Positions 38,678 to 48,697 of a DNA stretch of 64,000 bases are shown here, piece by piece. The stretch comes from Polyangiaceae bacterium. Lineage in GTDB: Bacteria; Myxococcota_A; Polyangia; Polyangiales; Polyangiaceae. Under the pieces are notes generated by a model. The model was given only the letters and a program-made list of their open reading frames with translations, searched no databases and was not told the origin of the DNA. Position numbers and translations under genes: made by a program. Position 1 is the first letter of the stretch. Each line of letters begins with the position of its first letter. The stretch covers positions 3,072,001 to 3,136,000 of the forward strand of contig CBDCTZ010000016.1 of the NCBI GenBank assembly GCA_965222375.1, in the 5' to 3' direction.

Positions 38678-40192
38678 TCATGCAGCGGCTCGGGCGAGCT
38701 GCATGCGCTCGGCGATTTGAGTCGCCAGCGCCATGATCGTGATCTGCGGATTCACGCCGATGGCGGTAGGAAACAGGCTGGCGTCCGAGACGTAGCAACC
38801 CGGCAAGTCCCAAACCTGGCCATCTAGGCCAACCACTGAGTTTTCGGGTCGGGAGCCCATGCGCGCGGTGCCCATCAAGTGTGGAGTGAACAATTCGAGG
38901 GTCGAGGGGCTGGTTTGGAGCTCATCGATCTTCTTCAGATCGTCCATGTTTCGGGCCATGGGCTGATTGAAGAACGGCAGCAAGATGCTCTCGGCCCCGA
39001 GGGCGAAATGCATTTCCGCGAGCAGCTTCACTCCGCGCAAGAAGCGCTGATGATCCAAGGGTTGGATGTCGTAGCGAACCAAAGGCATGTCCATGGGTCC
39101 CCGGCGCACGCTGCCCGTCGAGGAATCCTCCACCAGCACTCCGCTCACCACCATTTGGTTGTAGCGCTGCATCAGTTCGAAGGCCCGAGCTCCGTGGAAA
39201 GGCAGATAGGCGGCGATCACTCCCGGCGCGACGAAGTTTTCCGCCATCAGAATGCCGTCTTCGTGGAAGTGACGGATCTGCGTATTCTGACTGACCCCCT
39301 GCCAACCACGTACGTCATGGGGATAGATCGCGAGTACCTTGGCGTTGGGGTGGCACAAGAAGTTCTTGCCCAATAGCTTGCTGGGTCGACCCAAGCGATG
39401 GCGCTGCAGGAGCCATGGCGTCTGCACGGCGCCGCAGGACACGATGACTGCTCGTGCGTGGACTACGACTCGCCGACCCGGGCGCCGGGTGACCGGGTGA
39501 ACGCTCCGGCCTTCGATTCCCACTGCGCGTCCGCGCTTGATCAGCAGGCGATCGACCCGGACTTCAGTCAGACAGTCTGCCCCGGCTCGGAACGCCCGAG
39601 GCAGGTAGCTCACCAAGGTGGATTGTTTGGCACCCGTTGGGCAACCCAAGGCGCAGTTGTTTGCGCCGACGCAGGCTGACTGGTTGCGCTGGTTGACGGT
39701 GTACTCCCAGCCCATCTTTTCCGCGCCTCGGCGCATGATGCGGCTGTCTTCGCCGACGCTCTGCGGGTGCTGCTGGGCGACGGAGACATTCCTTTCCACC
39801 TTTTGGTAGAGGCGATCCATCGCTTTGGGGCCCAGCTCCGGGGCGTTCATGCTCTTGGCCCAGCTTTCCAGCACGCGGGTGGGCGTGCGGTACGCCATGC
39901 CGCCGTTGATGACCGTGCTGCCACCCACCGCGCGGCCTTCTACGTAGGGGATGGGCGGGTTCCCCAGGATGATCGTTGCTGCGGCGTCACGGTACAGCCG
40001 GGGGATGCTCTCGGTCGTGTATGGGTTGAAGCTCTCGGTTGGCGTGTAGCTGCCTTCTTCCACGAAGAGCACATCGACGCCGGCTTCTGCGAGTTCCGTA
40101 CCCACAGCCGCGCCCCCCGCGCCGGTGCCCACGACGACGACGTCTACGGAAAACTCGTGGCTCTTTTCGTAGTCTGCGTGTGAGTAGATCAT
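38678..40192 (-). CDS. GMC family oxidoreductase (long-chain alcohol oxidase-like)
   Basis: GTGAGG, GGSTVINGG, CVGANNCALGCP, HLMGTARMG, GVNPQITIM. ATGA overlap with the upstream gene. Confidence 0.92.
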   Translation of the reverse strand: MIYSHADYEKSHEFSVDVVVVGTGAGGAAVGTELAEAGVDVLFVEEGSYTPTESFNPYTTESIPRLYRDAAATIILGNPPIPYVEGRAVGGSTVINGGMAYRTPTRVLESWAKSMNAPELGPKAMDRLYQKVERNVSVAQQHPQSVGEDSRIMRRGAEKMGWEYTVNQRNQSACVGANNCALGCPTGAKQSTLVSYLPRAFRAGADCLTEVRVDRLLIKRGRAVGIEGRSVHPVTRRPGRRVVVHARAVIVSCGAVQTPWLLQRHRLGRPSKLLGKNFLCHPNAKVLAIYPHDVRGWQGVSQNTQIRHFHEDGILMAENFVAPGVIAAYLPFHGARAFELMQRYNQMVVSGVLVEDSSTGSVRRGPMDMPLVRYDIQPLDHQRFLRGVKLLAEMHFALGAESILLPFFNQPMARNMDDLKKIDELQTSPSTLELFTPHLMGTARMGSRPENSVVGLDGQVWDLPGCYVSDASLFPTAIGVNPQITIMALATQIAERMQLARAAA

Positions 40193-40809
40193 GGCGCTGC
40201 CCCTTGGGCTGGTGGTGGAACCGACTCGGTCTGTTTGGGCAACGGCGGCTGGAGGGAAAGCCGAGAAGGCTCTTCCTCGAGTAGCCCGGCACGCAGTGCG
40301 ATGCGTTCCCGCATGAAGGCGACAGGTCGGTAGGCGATGGCTCGGTGCACCTCTTCCTGATCGAAGTAGGCGCTCATGACGACGCCCCGCAGGGCGACAA
40401 CGAGCAAGCGGAGGAAAGCGAAGCGCCCGTGCACCATTTCCGACAGCAGTGCAGAGGCTCGCTCGGGGCGCATCTTGTGCAGCCGGCGCGGTGCCACGAA
40501 GAGGAAGATGGGAGCGAAGTCCAATAGCAAGATGCTCAAGGACAGCCCACGTGCAGAGAGGGGCAGCATGTAGGGCATCCAGGAGCGCACGACATTCTCG
40601 ACCTCGTCGACCAGCTCTTTGGAGTTGGGCGCCGGGGGAGGGGGCATCATGCACTCGACCAAGAAGCGGAAGACCCGTCGCACATAGCGACCCATGGGGT
40701 AGGGCGCCGCTCGTTTCCAGCCATCCGTACTGCGTCGTGCCAATCGATTGGCAGGCACGAGGTTTGAAGTTGCACTACGGGTCTGGATGGGAGGGCGCTC
40801 AGGTTTCAT
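40189..40809 (-). CDS. Small partner protein of the GMC oxidoreductase
   Basis: Between gntR and GMC with coupled ends; MSAYFDQEEVHRAIAY motif. Start is 40809 or 40695. Confidence 0.7.
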   Translation of the reverse strand: MKPERPPIQTRSATSNLVPANRLARRSTDGWKRAAPYPMGRYVRRVFRFLVECMMPPPPAPNSKELVDEVENVVRSWMPYMLPLSARGLSLSILLLDFAPIFLFVAPRRLHKMRPERASALLSEMVHGRFAFLRLLVVALRGVVMSAYFDQEEVHRAIAYRPVAFMRERIALRAGLLEEEPSRLSLQPPLPKQTESVPPPAQGAAP

Positions 40810-40811
40810 GG

Positions 40812-41600
40812 CTAGTCCGGTTGCTTGGGTTTCCTGTCGACTTTCTTTTGCTGCTTGTCGTGCTCGGTGCGATGCGCCAGCACGGCCTCCAAGGCCTTGA
40901 TGAACGCACCGTCCACGCGGCTGTAGTAGTCACGGGTCGCGTCGATGGCGCCCTGCTCATCGCCCTCCTCGAGGGCGGTGATGAACTCACGAAGGTGTTC
41001 CGGGAAGCTGGGTTCCAGCACCCAGAGTGCAGGAAAGCGATCGATGATCTCGCGATACGCCTCCAAGAATGGATTCGCGATCCATCGGATAGATACCGAG
41101 TGCCCTGCGTCGATGAGCGCATCGAGCCAACGCTGGAATCCATGTCCGACGACTTTGGGATCGCCGCGCTCGAAGGCTGCGATGAGCAAGTCCGTGATGT
41201 CCCGAAGCCGCTCGACGTCGGCTTTGTGTGCCCGCGCGATTGCAAGACGGGTCGCGAACTCGATCACGAGCAAGCGGGCAGGCAGGATGTCTTCGAGCAG
41301 GTGCACCACCTCGCTCAGATCTGGAGCGGCTTCGAGATAGGCCGGCAGTAGCTCCATGGTGCCGGACTTGCGAAAGTCGGCGACGGTGACGCCCTGACCG
41401 TGGCGTACTGTGACCAATCGCGACTGCTCCAACTTTCGCACCGCCTCGCGCAACGTGTTGCGGTTCGTGTTGTAGTGGGCGGCGAGTTCGCGTTCGCCGG
41501 GCAGACGATCCCCTGCTGGCAGTTCCCCGCGGAGGATCTGTCGGCGCAGCTCGCGAAAAATGTTCGCGGCGATATTGGAACCCGGTGCTGTCTCGTTCAT
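40812..41600 (-). CDS. GntR (FadR subfamily) transcriptional regulator
   Basis: LPGERELAAHYNTNRNTLREA...VRHGQG wHTH followed by an FCD-like helical domain. Confidence 0.92.
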   Translation of the reverse strand: MNETAPGSNIAANIFRELRRQILRGELPAGDRLPGERELAAHYNTNRNTLREAVRKLEQSRLVTVRHGQGVTVADFRKSGTMELLPAYLEAAPDLSEVVHLLEDILPARLLVIEFATRLAIARAHKADVERLRDITDLLIAAFERGDPKVVGHGFQRWLDALIDAGHSVSIRWIANPFLEAYREIIDRFPALWVLEPSFPEHLREFITALEEGDEQGAIDATRDYYSRVDGAFIKALEAVLAHRTEHDKQQKKVDRKPKQPD

Positions 41601-41621
41601 TCGTTGCTTCCCCGTGCTGGG

Positions 41622-41667
41622 GACCAACTGGTTAAACCAATAATAGCTGGTTAAACCAGTTGGTCAA
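41622..41667 (-). promoter_or_regulatory. Tandem FadR-type operators overlapping a sigma70-like promoter
   Basis: AACTGGTTAAACCAAT (41626) and AGCTGGTTAAACCAGTT (41645). Minus strand reads TTGACC-N16-TATTAT. Confidence 0.8.
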
Positions 41668-41891
41668 GGCGCTTGTTCTACGAATTCAGACTGGTCGTCC
41701 ATTCGCGCCGGATTAGCGAGACAAAAATTCTCGAGCCTGGCCGCACCGGTTGACCAATCTCAGTTCAGGGCCACTCCTGTCGCACTTTCTCGGGGATTTT
41801 GGCGCGCCCCCGCGCACTTCCCCGCGCCTCAGTTCCCACCCCCATGCTGGGTGGGCACCCTGTATCGGCCAGTGCTCGGACTAATTTCTAA

Positions 41892-41916
41892 GAAACCCCG
41901 GCCAGCTGCGTTGTCC
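41892..41916 (+). promoter_or_regulatory. Candidate autoregulatory ECF promoter
   Basis: GAAAC-N16-GTCC, ~15 nt before the ECF ATG. Confidence 0.4.
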
Positions 41917-41930
41917 TGTTGAAGGCGAGG

Positions 41931-42470
41931 ATGATCGGAGAAACGCAACAGCCAGTCCGTCGGTGGGTGATCGATGCCCTCGACCAACACGAGGCCAAGC
42001 TGCTCCGGTTCGCGCGCTCCATCGTGGGCGACGGATTGGCGCCGGACGTCGTGCAAGACACGTTCGTGCGGCTGTGCAACCAGAAGCAGAGTGACGTCGA
42101 GGGTCATCTCGCGGCCTGGTTGTTCACGGTCTGTCGCAATCGCGCCCTGGAGCTGCTCCGAACTCAGCGTCGCCTTCGGAACCTGGAGGAGAGCGACGTG
42201 GAAGCACACCCTGACAGCGGGCCGGCGACCAAGCTGGAACGCAAAGAAGACGCGACGCGAGTCGGCGCTGCGATTCGCCGCCTGCCCGAACGGCAACGAG
42301 AAATCTTGTTGCTCAAGCTCGACGCGGGCCTGACCTACAAACAGATCGCCGAGGTGATGCAGCTGAGTGTGTCCAACGTCGGTTTCATCCTGCATCAAGC
42401 AGTGAAGGCCATCCGGGAGCAAGTCGCTGATGAACCGCAGTTCGCTGCTACCGCTCGGAGGACATCATGA
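41931..42470 (+). CDS. ECF RNA polymerase sigma factor
   Basis: DVVQDTFVRL, AWLFTVCRN, LPERQREILLL, TYKQIAEVM. Confidence 0.92.
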   Translation: MIGETQQPVRRWVIDALDQHEAKLLRFARSIVGDGLAPDVVQDTFVRLCNQKQSDVEGHLAAWLFTVCRNRALELLRTQRRLRNLEESDVEAHPDSGPATKLERKEDATRVGAAIRRLPERQREILLLKLDAGLTYKQIAEVMQLSVSNVGFILHQAVKAIREQVADEPQFAATARRTS

Positions 42471-44524
42471 GCGAACAAGAAGAAGCCAAGTTGACCGCAT
42501 ACGCTCTGGGAGAGCTCTCGCCGGAGGAGGCCGCGGCCATGCAACGTGAGCTCTCCGCGTCACCCGAAAAGCAGCGCGAGCTGGAGGCGATTGAAAGCAC
42601 CTTGGCGTTGATCCGAGAGGAGCTAGAGCAAGACTCGCCGGCCCTCAGCACTGGCCGGCGTCAGAGCATCGAGGCTGCTGCTCGTGGCAGTGCAGGAGCC
42701 GAGTCCGAGGAACCAATTCCAACGTCGGGACCTTCGGCACCGGTGCCCGATCGTCAGCTGGAAACGCCAAAAGTCGTGCCCTTTGCGCCGAGGCGTCGGC
42801 GCGGGCGCCTGGTTTTCGGTGCAGGCATGGTCGCGACAGCAGCCGCGGCAGCGGCCGGGCTGTTCTTCGTCGTCAGGTCCGAGCCGGGGTCATCGGAGAG
42901 CGATCTGATGGAATCCCAGGCCCACTACGCGATGACCAAAGGGGCGCCCGGGCTGGCAGCGTCCGCCGCTTCACCGGCGACGATGGCGGACCCACAAGAG
43001 CGCAAGCAAGAGGCGAAGCCCGACGACGGTGACAAGGACGAGAAGGGGCGTTTCAATCGCGAACGCTACGACCACATCGTCGACAATCCGTTCGTACGAG
43101 TCGATACGGACCCGCGCTCGACCTTCTCCATAGACGTGGACACGGCATCCTACGCCTTGATGCGTCGTCATCTCAACGAAGGCAAGTTGCCACCCAAGGG
43201 CGCCGTGCGAATCGAAGAGATGCTGAACTACTTCAGCTACGAATACCCCGAACCCACCGGCCCCCATCCGTTTTCCGTGACCACGGACGTGGCATCAGCG
43301 CCTTGGTCGCCAGAGCACCGCTTGGTTCGGATCGGGCTCAAAGGCAAACACGTCGAGCCTAAGGATGTGCCAGGCACCAACTTGGTATTTCTGATCGATG
43401 TTTCCGGATCCATGAGCGCCCCGAACAAGTTGCCATTGCTCAAACGAGCCTTCGGCTTGCTCGTCAATCAACTGGACGCGCGAGACAGTGTTTCCATGGT
43501 GGTTTATGCTGGCGCTTCGGGTTTGGTGCTGCCGCCCACCCCGGGCGACCGGAAGCAGGAGATTCTGTCGGCTCTGGAGCGTCTGGACGCTGGCGGCTCG
43601 ACCAACGGCGGTGAGGGCATCCGGCTGGCTTACCAAATGGCGAAGAAGCGTTTCGTGCGAGGAGGCATCAACCGGGTGCTGCTGGCGACAGACGGCGACT
43701 TCAACGTTGGCACCACCAGCGAGAGTGAGCTGGTCGATCTGATCGAAGACAAGGCGAAAAGCGGCGTCTTCTTGAGCGTGCTCGGTTTGGGAGGTGGAAA
43801 CTACAACGATTCCACCCTGGAGAAGCTCGCGGACAAGGGCAACGGCAACTACGCCTACATCGACTCGATTCGTGAAGCGCGCAAAGTGCTGGTGGAGCAG
43901 GCAACGGGTACTCTGATGACCATCGCCAAGGACGTGAAGATCCAGGTGGAGTTCAACCCGGCTCAGGTCGCAGCCTTTCGCCTAATTGGTTACGAAAACC
44001 GCGTGCTGGCCCATCAGGACTTCAACGATGACAAGAAGGACGCGGGCGAAATCGGAGCGGATCACACGGTGACGGCTCTGTATGAGGTCGTGCCCGCCGG
44101 TGGCGCCGTGCCCACCATCAAGGGCGACGAGCTCAAGTATCAAGCGCGACCCCAGCCGACTCCAGCGGCGGCGAGTGGCGAGCTGTTGACGGTGAAGCTG
44201 CGCTACAAGCAACCCAGCGGCACCACCAGCCAGCTATTCGAAACGGCCGTGCGCGACGGACGAGGCAAGATCGAAAGTGCCAACGCAGAGTTTCGCTTCA
44301 CCGCGGCGGTGGCCGAGTTCGGCATGCTGCTGAGGGATTCCCCCTACAAGGGCAAGTCGAGCTTTCAACAGGTCCTCAGCTTGGCAAGCGACTCCAAGCG
44401 CTCCGAGGCGATGCGAGAGTTCAGTGAACTGGTCAAGAAGGCTCAGAGCCTCAAGGCAGGTGCCAAGAACGCGGAGCAAAACTGCGAATGCGACCCCGCC
44501 GACCCATTGTGTACGTGTCTCTAG
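42467..44524 (+). CDS. Anti-sigma-like N-terminus + TM + YfbK-type vWA protein
   Basis: LTAYALGELSPEE; STFSIDVDTASY, VRIEEMLNYF, DVSGSM, TDGDFNVG, DAGEIG; C-terminal CECDPADPLCTCL. ATGA overlap with the ECF gene. Confidence 0.88.
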   Translation: MSEQEEAKLTAYALGELSPEEAAAMQRELSASPEKQRELEAIESTLALIREELEQDSPALSTGRRQSIEAAARGSAGAESEEPIPTSGPSAPVPDRQLETPKVVPFAPRRRRGRLVFGAGMVATAAAAAAGLFFVVRSEPGSSESDLMESQAHYAMTKGAPGLAASAASPATMADPQERKQEAKPDDGDKDEKGRFNRERYDHIVDNPFVRVDTDPRSTFSIDVDTASYALMRRHLNEGKLPPKGAVRIEEMLNYFSYEYPEPTGPHPFSVTTDVASAPWSPEHRLVRIGLKGKHVEPKDVPGTNLVFLIDVSGSMSAPNKLPLLKRAFGLLVNQLDARDSVSMVVYAGASGLVLPPTPGDRKQEILSALERLDAGGSTNGGEGIRLAYQMAKKRFVRGGINRVLLATDGDFNVGTTSESELVDLIEDKAKSGVFLSVLGLGGGNYNDSTLEKLADKGNGNYAYIDSIREARKVLVEQATGTLMTIAKDVKIQVEFNPAQVAAFRLIGYENRVLAHQDFNDDKKDAGEIGADHTVTALYEVVPAGGAVPTIKGDELKYQARPQPTPAAASGELLTVKLRYKQPSGTTSQLFETAVRDGRGKIESANAEFRFTAAVAEFGMLLRDSPYKGKSSFQQVLSLASDSKRSEAMREFSELVKKAQSLKAGAKNAEQNCECDPADPLCTCL

Positions 44525-44553
44525 CGACAGAGCACGCGCACTGTCAGCGACCG

Positions 44554-45657
44554 CTACTGCGCGAAGCCGTAGCGGTCGCCGTTTTGTAGCGGGGGCAACT
44601 CTTGCTCGGGCAACAGGATGGTGCGTATGGCCCAGAGCTCGTCGAAGATGCGATAGCGGGTGGTCTGGTCCAGGTAGTCCACGCCCGACGACCCTCCGGT
44701 CCCGACGCGCCGGCCGATGATGCGCTCCACCATGCGTGCATGGCGAGTTCGAAACAGAACCAGCTGCTCCTCGAGCTCTACGGCGGTGTCCGTCAGCAAG
44801 CGCGGCCAGGCCAAGAGCGGCAATTGCCGATAGGACTCGATGAATAGCGCGCCGGCCCGAATCCGCTTCAATTTCTGACGCTCGCCCTCAGGGGCGTCTT
44901 GGGCCATCAGGAGTTGCTCTGCGACGGACTCTTGTTCGGCGATGCGCGCCGCGAAGGGCTTTGGGTCCTCGTTGAGCGCGGCTGCCAGGCGCTCGGCTTT
45001 ACCCTTGTTGGCGTCCCGCAGGCGCTGCAGGTAGTCGCTGGCGAAACGATCGATGACCCCCGCGTCGCCGGGATCCCCAGGGCTCGACCCCATGATCGGT
45101 GTTCGGTACAGCCAATCGTGCACCGCGGTTTTCAGGGTCAGTTCTTTGCGCGCCGCTTCGATGCGCCCCCAAGCCATCTCGCCGGCGGGGGAGTGCTCGG
45201 CAAGATGGCGGATGTGTTCCATGGGGTCCTTACCGCCATAGGTGACTCGGCGCTTCTCATCGAAGCCCAACACGATTTCTACCTCGCGGAGCTGAAAGGA
45301 CTGAAAGCCACTGGCGGGGATCAGTTTGTCTCGGAACGCCAAGAAGTCCTGGGGCGTCAGAGTTTCCATCACCTTGAAGTGCTCCACGGCGAGCTCGAAG
45401 ATGGTGCTTGCGCGCCGCAGGTGGTGCACGACGTAGGGGATCTTTTCCTCGGGCACCTGGGGAGAAGCTAGGTGGTCCCGGGCTTCACGTAGCTCCCGTA
45501 AGGTCAGCTTGAACCACAGCTCCAAGACTTGATGCACGACGATGAAGTGCAGCTCGTCCGGAATGAGTTTCGAATCGTCCCCATCGAGTCCGTCCTGGAG
45601 CGAGAGCAGACGATCCACCTTGAGGTAGTCCCAGTAGTTCGGAACCTGGCTTGTCAT
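44554..45657 (-). CDS. kynA: Tryptophan 2,3-dioxygenase
   Basis: YWDYL, DELHFIVVHQVLELWFK, SGFQSFQLRE, RHARMVERIIG..GTGGSSGVDYL. Confidence 0.93.
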   Translation of the reverse strand: MTSQVPNYWDYLKVDRLLSLQDGLDGDDSKLIPDELHFIVVHQVLELWFKLTLRELREARDHLASPQVPEEKIPYVVHHLRRASTIFELAVEHFKVMETLTPQDFLAFRDKLIPASGFQSFQLREVEIVLGFDEKRRVTYGGKDPMEHIRHLAEHSPAGEMAWGRIEAARKELTLKTAVHDWLYRTPIMGSSPGDPGDAGVIDRFASDYLQRLRDANKGKAERLAAALNEDPKPFAARIAEQESVAEQLLMAQDAPEGERQKLKRIRAGALFIESYRQLPLLAWPRLLTDTAVELEEQLVLFRTRHARMVERIIGRRVGTGGSSGVDYLDQTTRYRIFDELWAIRTILLPEQELPPLQNGDRYGFAQ

Positions 45658-45663
45658 GGGCCG

Positions 45664-45699
45664 AGAGTAGTGCATCGATTCGAATCGATGCACTACTCT
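45664..45699. repeat. Perfect 36-bp palindrome
   Basis: AGAGTAGTGCATCGATTC|GAATCGATGCACTACTCT, with no spacer. Confidence 0.95.
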
Positions 45700-45887
45700 G
45701 TTTGTCGGGAGCACAGCTCCCGCCCCGCTGACGTGAAGTCATCGGGGCCCCACCCTCAGGTTTCGGGCCCCAACCCCGAATCAGCATCGGTTCGAATCCG
45801 TGTGCCCGCCGAATGTCGACCGCGCATAAAACGCGAGCGGCTAGCGCTAGGGCCCGCCGCGTTCGCTACTTTTGGGTTGGGGGAGGC

Positions 45888-47798
45888 TCAGCCCGTGCCG
45901 GGCAAGGTGGCATTGGTCAGCCACTTGAAGCCGTCGACCAAGGCCAGGGAATCGTAGGCGGTGTCCCCCACGTCCCAGATGACCAGGCGAACCTCGACGA
46001 TGCCGCCCGGCACGACGTTGCCGGCCGTGGTCAGCCAGAATGTGCCACCGCCTTCCACGTCACAGCTGCCGGAGGTCTTGGCTTCAAAGCCCGTGCCTAG
46101 CAGGTCGCCCACGCCGAGCTTGCAAGACTGCGCGTTGACGTCGGCGTCGAAGCAGAGGCTGCCCGAGTTGGAAACCGCCGGGTCACACACCGCGAACAGG
46201 CTAGTGCCCTTCGCAACGTTGATCCCGATGGGCCACTTGCTCTTGGTCGTCAGGTCCTGATGGGTGAGCAGGTTCTTGTCGACTGGGTTCGGGATCGGGG
46301 AAGGCGTGCCGCCGGGCGTGTCCACGAGCGCCACGAACTGGTCGTTGTAGTCGGAGCACACGAATTCCGGGTACTCGCTCGAGAAGAAGTAGCTGTTGAA
46401 GGAAAACGCCCGTGCATTGGTCGGCGCGCGCAACTTGAGGCGAATCATTACCGAGTCATTCGCTTCCGCGGGGTTCGAGAAGCCGCCGGTCGAACCGCAG
46501 CCGGGTGCCTGGGGCAGCCCGTTGGCAGCCTTGAGTGGGGCGTTGGCCGCCGCGAACCAATCCTTGACGCAACGGGGATCCGAGCAGGATTGGATGTTGG
46601 CCATGCTTGCCGGTGAGTGAGTCTCGCTTGGGTAGTCGACAAAACTCCCTGAAGAGATGTTCGGGCCTGGGTTGGTCTGCGTCCCGTCCGAGGCGATGCC
46701 GCTGGACATGACGACCATATTCTTGCCTTCGAGGGCGTTGATGCTCTTGCCGAAGGTGGCGCGAATGCTCTTTGCCTTGTTGTCGCCGAGCGGAGTCCCG
46801 TCCGCGCGCAGGATTTCCGCGGAAATCAGGCCCCAAGTCTTGTCCGCCTTGTTGGGCGGGGTCTCCTTGGTGTCACGGCAGATACCCAACGCCTTGGCGT
46901 AGTCCTTGGGCACGTTCGAGGCGCTGCTCAGACCCGAGTCGCAGTCGAAGGTGTCTTCGGTGTCGAAGAGGTCGACTTTGCCGTTGCAGTTGTCGTCGAT
47001 GGCGTTGCCTACCACCTCGAAGGCGCCGGGGTTGACCACGGCGGGGTTGGCGCCGCAGAAGCCGGACTTGTCGCAGCAGTCGCCGTCGCTGACGAGCCAA
47101 CCGTCGTTGTCGCAGTCAGTGACGTTGCTGTCGCAGATACCGCATTTGCCGGACAGGCAGTCCTCGCCGGCCGCACAGGCTTTGCCACAGCCGCCGCAGT
47201 TGTTCTTGTCCGTGAGCAGATTGACGCAGGCGGTGGAGCAGTTGATGGAACCGTCCGGGCACTGGCCCACACAGGCGCCTCCAGCGCAAACCTCACCGGC
47301 CTTGCAAGCGTTGCCGCAGGTGCCGCAGTGCGCGATGTTGGTTTGCAGATCCACGCAATCCGAATCGCACTTCGTGGTGCCGCCGGCGCACTGGACGCCG
47401 CACTGGCCGAGGGAGCAGACCTCACCCTGCTGGCAGGCGTTTCCACAGCTGCCGCAGTTTGCTGGGTCCACGTTGGTGTCGACGCAGCTGCCGTTGCAGC
47501 CCGTCGTGCCGCCGCCGCAGGTCGACGTGCACGCGCCCTGGGAGCAATACTCGCCCTGCTGGCAGGCGGTGCCGCAGGCGCCGCAGTTTGCCGGGTCGTT
47601 TTGCTGGTCGACGCAGACGCCGTTGCAATTCAACAGGTTGCCGCAGAGGCCACCCCCGACGCCGCCGCCGGTGCCTGGTGTTCCCCCGCTGCTGCTGTCA
47701 CTTCCACAGCCTGGTGCGACCGCGACCATGGCACTTGCCGTGAGCGCGCATGCAAAAACGCGCCAAGCGGAGAGTCCCCCGCTGCTTTGCTTGCTCAT
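45888..47798 (-). CDS. Cys-rich repeat lipoprotein (Stig1/MXAN_6577-like repeats) with a choice-of-anchor-L-like C-domain
   Basis: Four CVD...NCGxCGxAC..GE.C repeats; NPGAFEVVGNAIDDNCNG; FFSSEYPEFVCSDYNDQF; DVGD..YDS. Confidence 0.8.
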   Translation of the reverse strand: MSKQSSGGLSAWRVFACALTASAMVAVAPGCGSDSSSGGTPGTGGGVGGGLCGNLLNCNGVCVDQQNDPANCGACGTACQQGEYCSQGACTSTCGGGTTGCNGSCVDTNVDPANCGSCGNACQQGEVCSLGQCGVQCAGGTTKCDSDCVDLQTNIAHCGTCGNACKAGEVCAGGACVGQCPDGSINCSTACVNLLTDKNNCGGCGKACAAGEDCLSGKCGICDSNVTDCDNDGWLVSDGDCCDKSGFCGANPAVVNPGAFEVVGNAIDDNCNGKVDLFDTEDTFDCDSGLSSASNVPKDYAKALGICRDTKETPPNKADKTWGLISAEILRADGTPLGDNKAKSIRATFGKSINALEGKNMVVMSSGIASDGTQTNPGPNISSGSFVDYPSETHSPASMANIQSCSDPRCVKDWFAAANAPLKAANGLPQAPGCGSTGGFSNPAEANDSVMIRLKLRAPTNARAFSFNSYFFSSEYPEFVCSDYNDQFVALVDTPGGTPSPIPNPVDKNLLTHQDLTTKSKWPIGINVAKGTSLFAVCDPAVSNSGSLCFDADVNAQSCKLGVGDLLGTGFEAKTSGSCDVEGGGTFWLTTAGNVVPGGIVEVRLVIWDVGDTAYDSLALVDGFKWLTNATLPGTG

Positions 47799-47962
47799 AT
47801 TGACCTCCCGAAGAGATGCGGGGACTAGCTCCGAACCGGAGCCGGCGCAACCACATTGTCCTACATTGGAGCCAAAACGAGGCTAAGTGACTGAGAACCA
47901 AGTGTTTATGCCCTTGAGCCAAGTCATTGCCGCTGACCGGGGTGCCCCAACCGGCTGGCGGG

Positions 47963-48697
47963 TCAGCGCCGCATCAAGTCGGTGGCAGCCTTGCGATCGA
48001 TGCTGGAAAAGGCGTCGATGACTTTGGTGAGCATCTCGAATTGGCGTGAAGCGGTCACGAGCCCCGTCATGCTCGACACCGCGGAGGCATTGCTCAGCTC
48101 GAGGGTCTCCTGGTCCACCAGCGCCTCGACCACGGCTGGGGGTTGAGCCCCCTCGATTGCGCGCAGCAGAACGTCGCCGTCCTTGGTCAACTGCCCCTCA
48201 GGAAAGCGCACCGTGAGCAGGCGGCTGGTGCTGGCGACGTCGTCGATCACGAAGCTGCCGTCCTGGGCCACGCCGATCCGGGCCGCGCTGGGGTCGACCT
48301 TGATCGGCTTACGGTCCGGGCCGAGATAGGCGTGCCCCTGTTGGGTCACGATGGAACCGTCCGCCCGCATCTGCAGGCTTCCGGCGCGAGTGTATCGCTC
48401 GCCATTGGGCGTGCTCACGACAAACATCGCGTCCTGGTCACGCAACGAAACGTCCAGCCCTCGGCCGGTGTGCACCGACGTACCCGCCATCAAGTTGGGC
48501 GCCGAGCTGCGGACTACCGCGTAGCGCATGCTGTCCGTGCCGACGGATTGCACGGCCCGGGCAAGCTCCTGACGAAAGACCGCGCGATCGGCGCGGTAGC
48601 CCGCGGTTGTCGCGTTGGCGACGTTGTTGGCGTGCACATCCAAGGCGAAACTTTGTCCCACCGCGCCGGACGCCGCTGACCAAATCCCCGTGCTCAT
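47963..48697 (-). CDS. flgF: Flagellar basal-body rod protein FlgF family
   Basis: ANNVANATTAGY, TGRGLDV, YTRAGS, LELSNASAV, SRQFEM. Confidence 0.85.
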   Translation of the reverse strand: MSTGIWSAASGAVGQSFALDVHANNVANATTAGYRADRAVFRQELARAVQSVGTDSMRYAVVRSSAPNLMAGTSVHTGRGLDVSLRDQDAMFVVSTPNGERYTRAGSLQMRADGSIVTQQGHAYLGPDRKPIKVDPSAARIGVAQDGSFVIDDVASTSRLLTVRFPEGQLTKDGDVLLRAIEGAQPPAVVEALVDQETLELSNASAVSSMTGLVTASRQFEMLTKVIDAFSSIDRKAATDLMRR

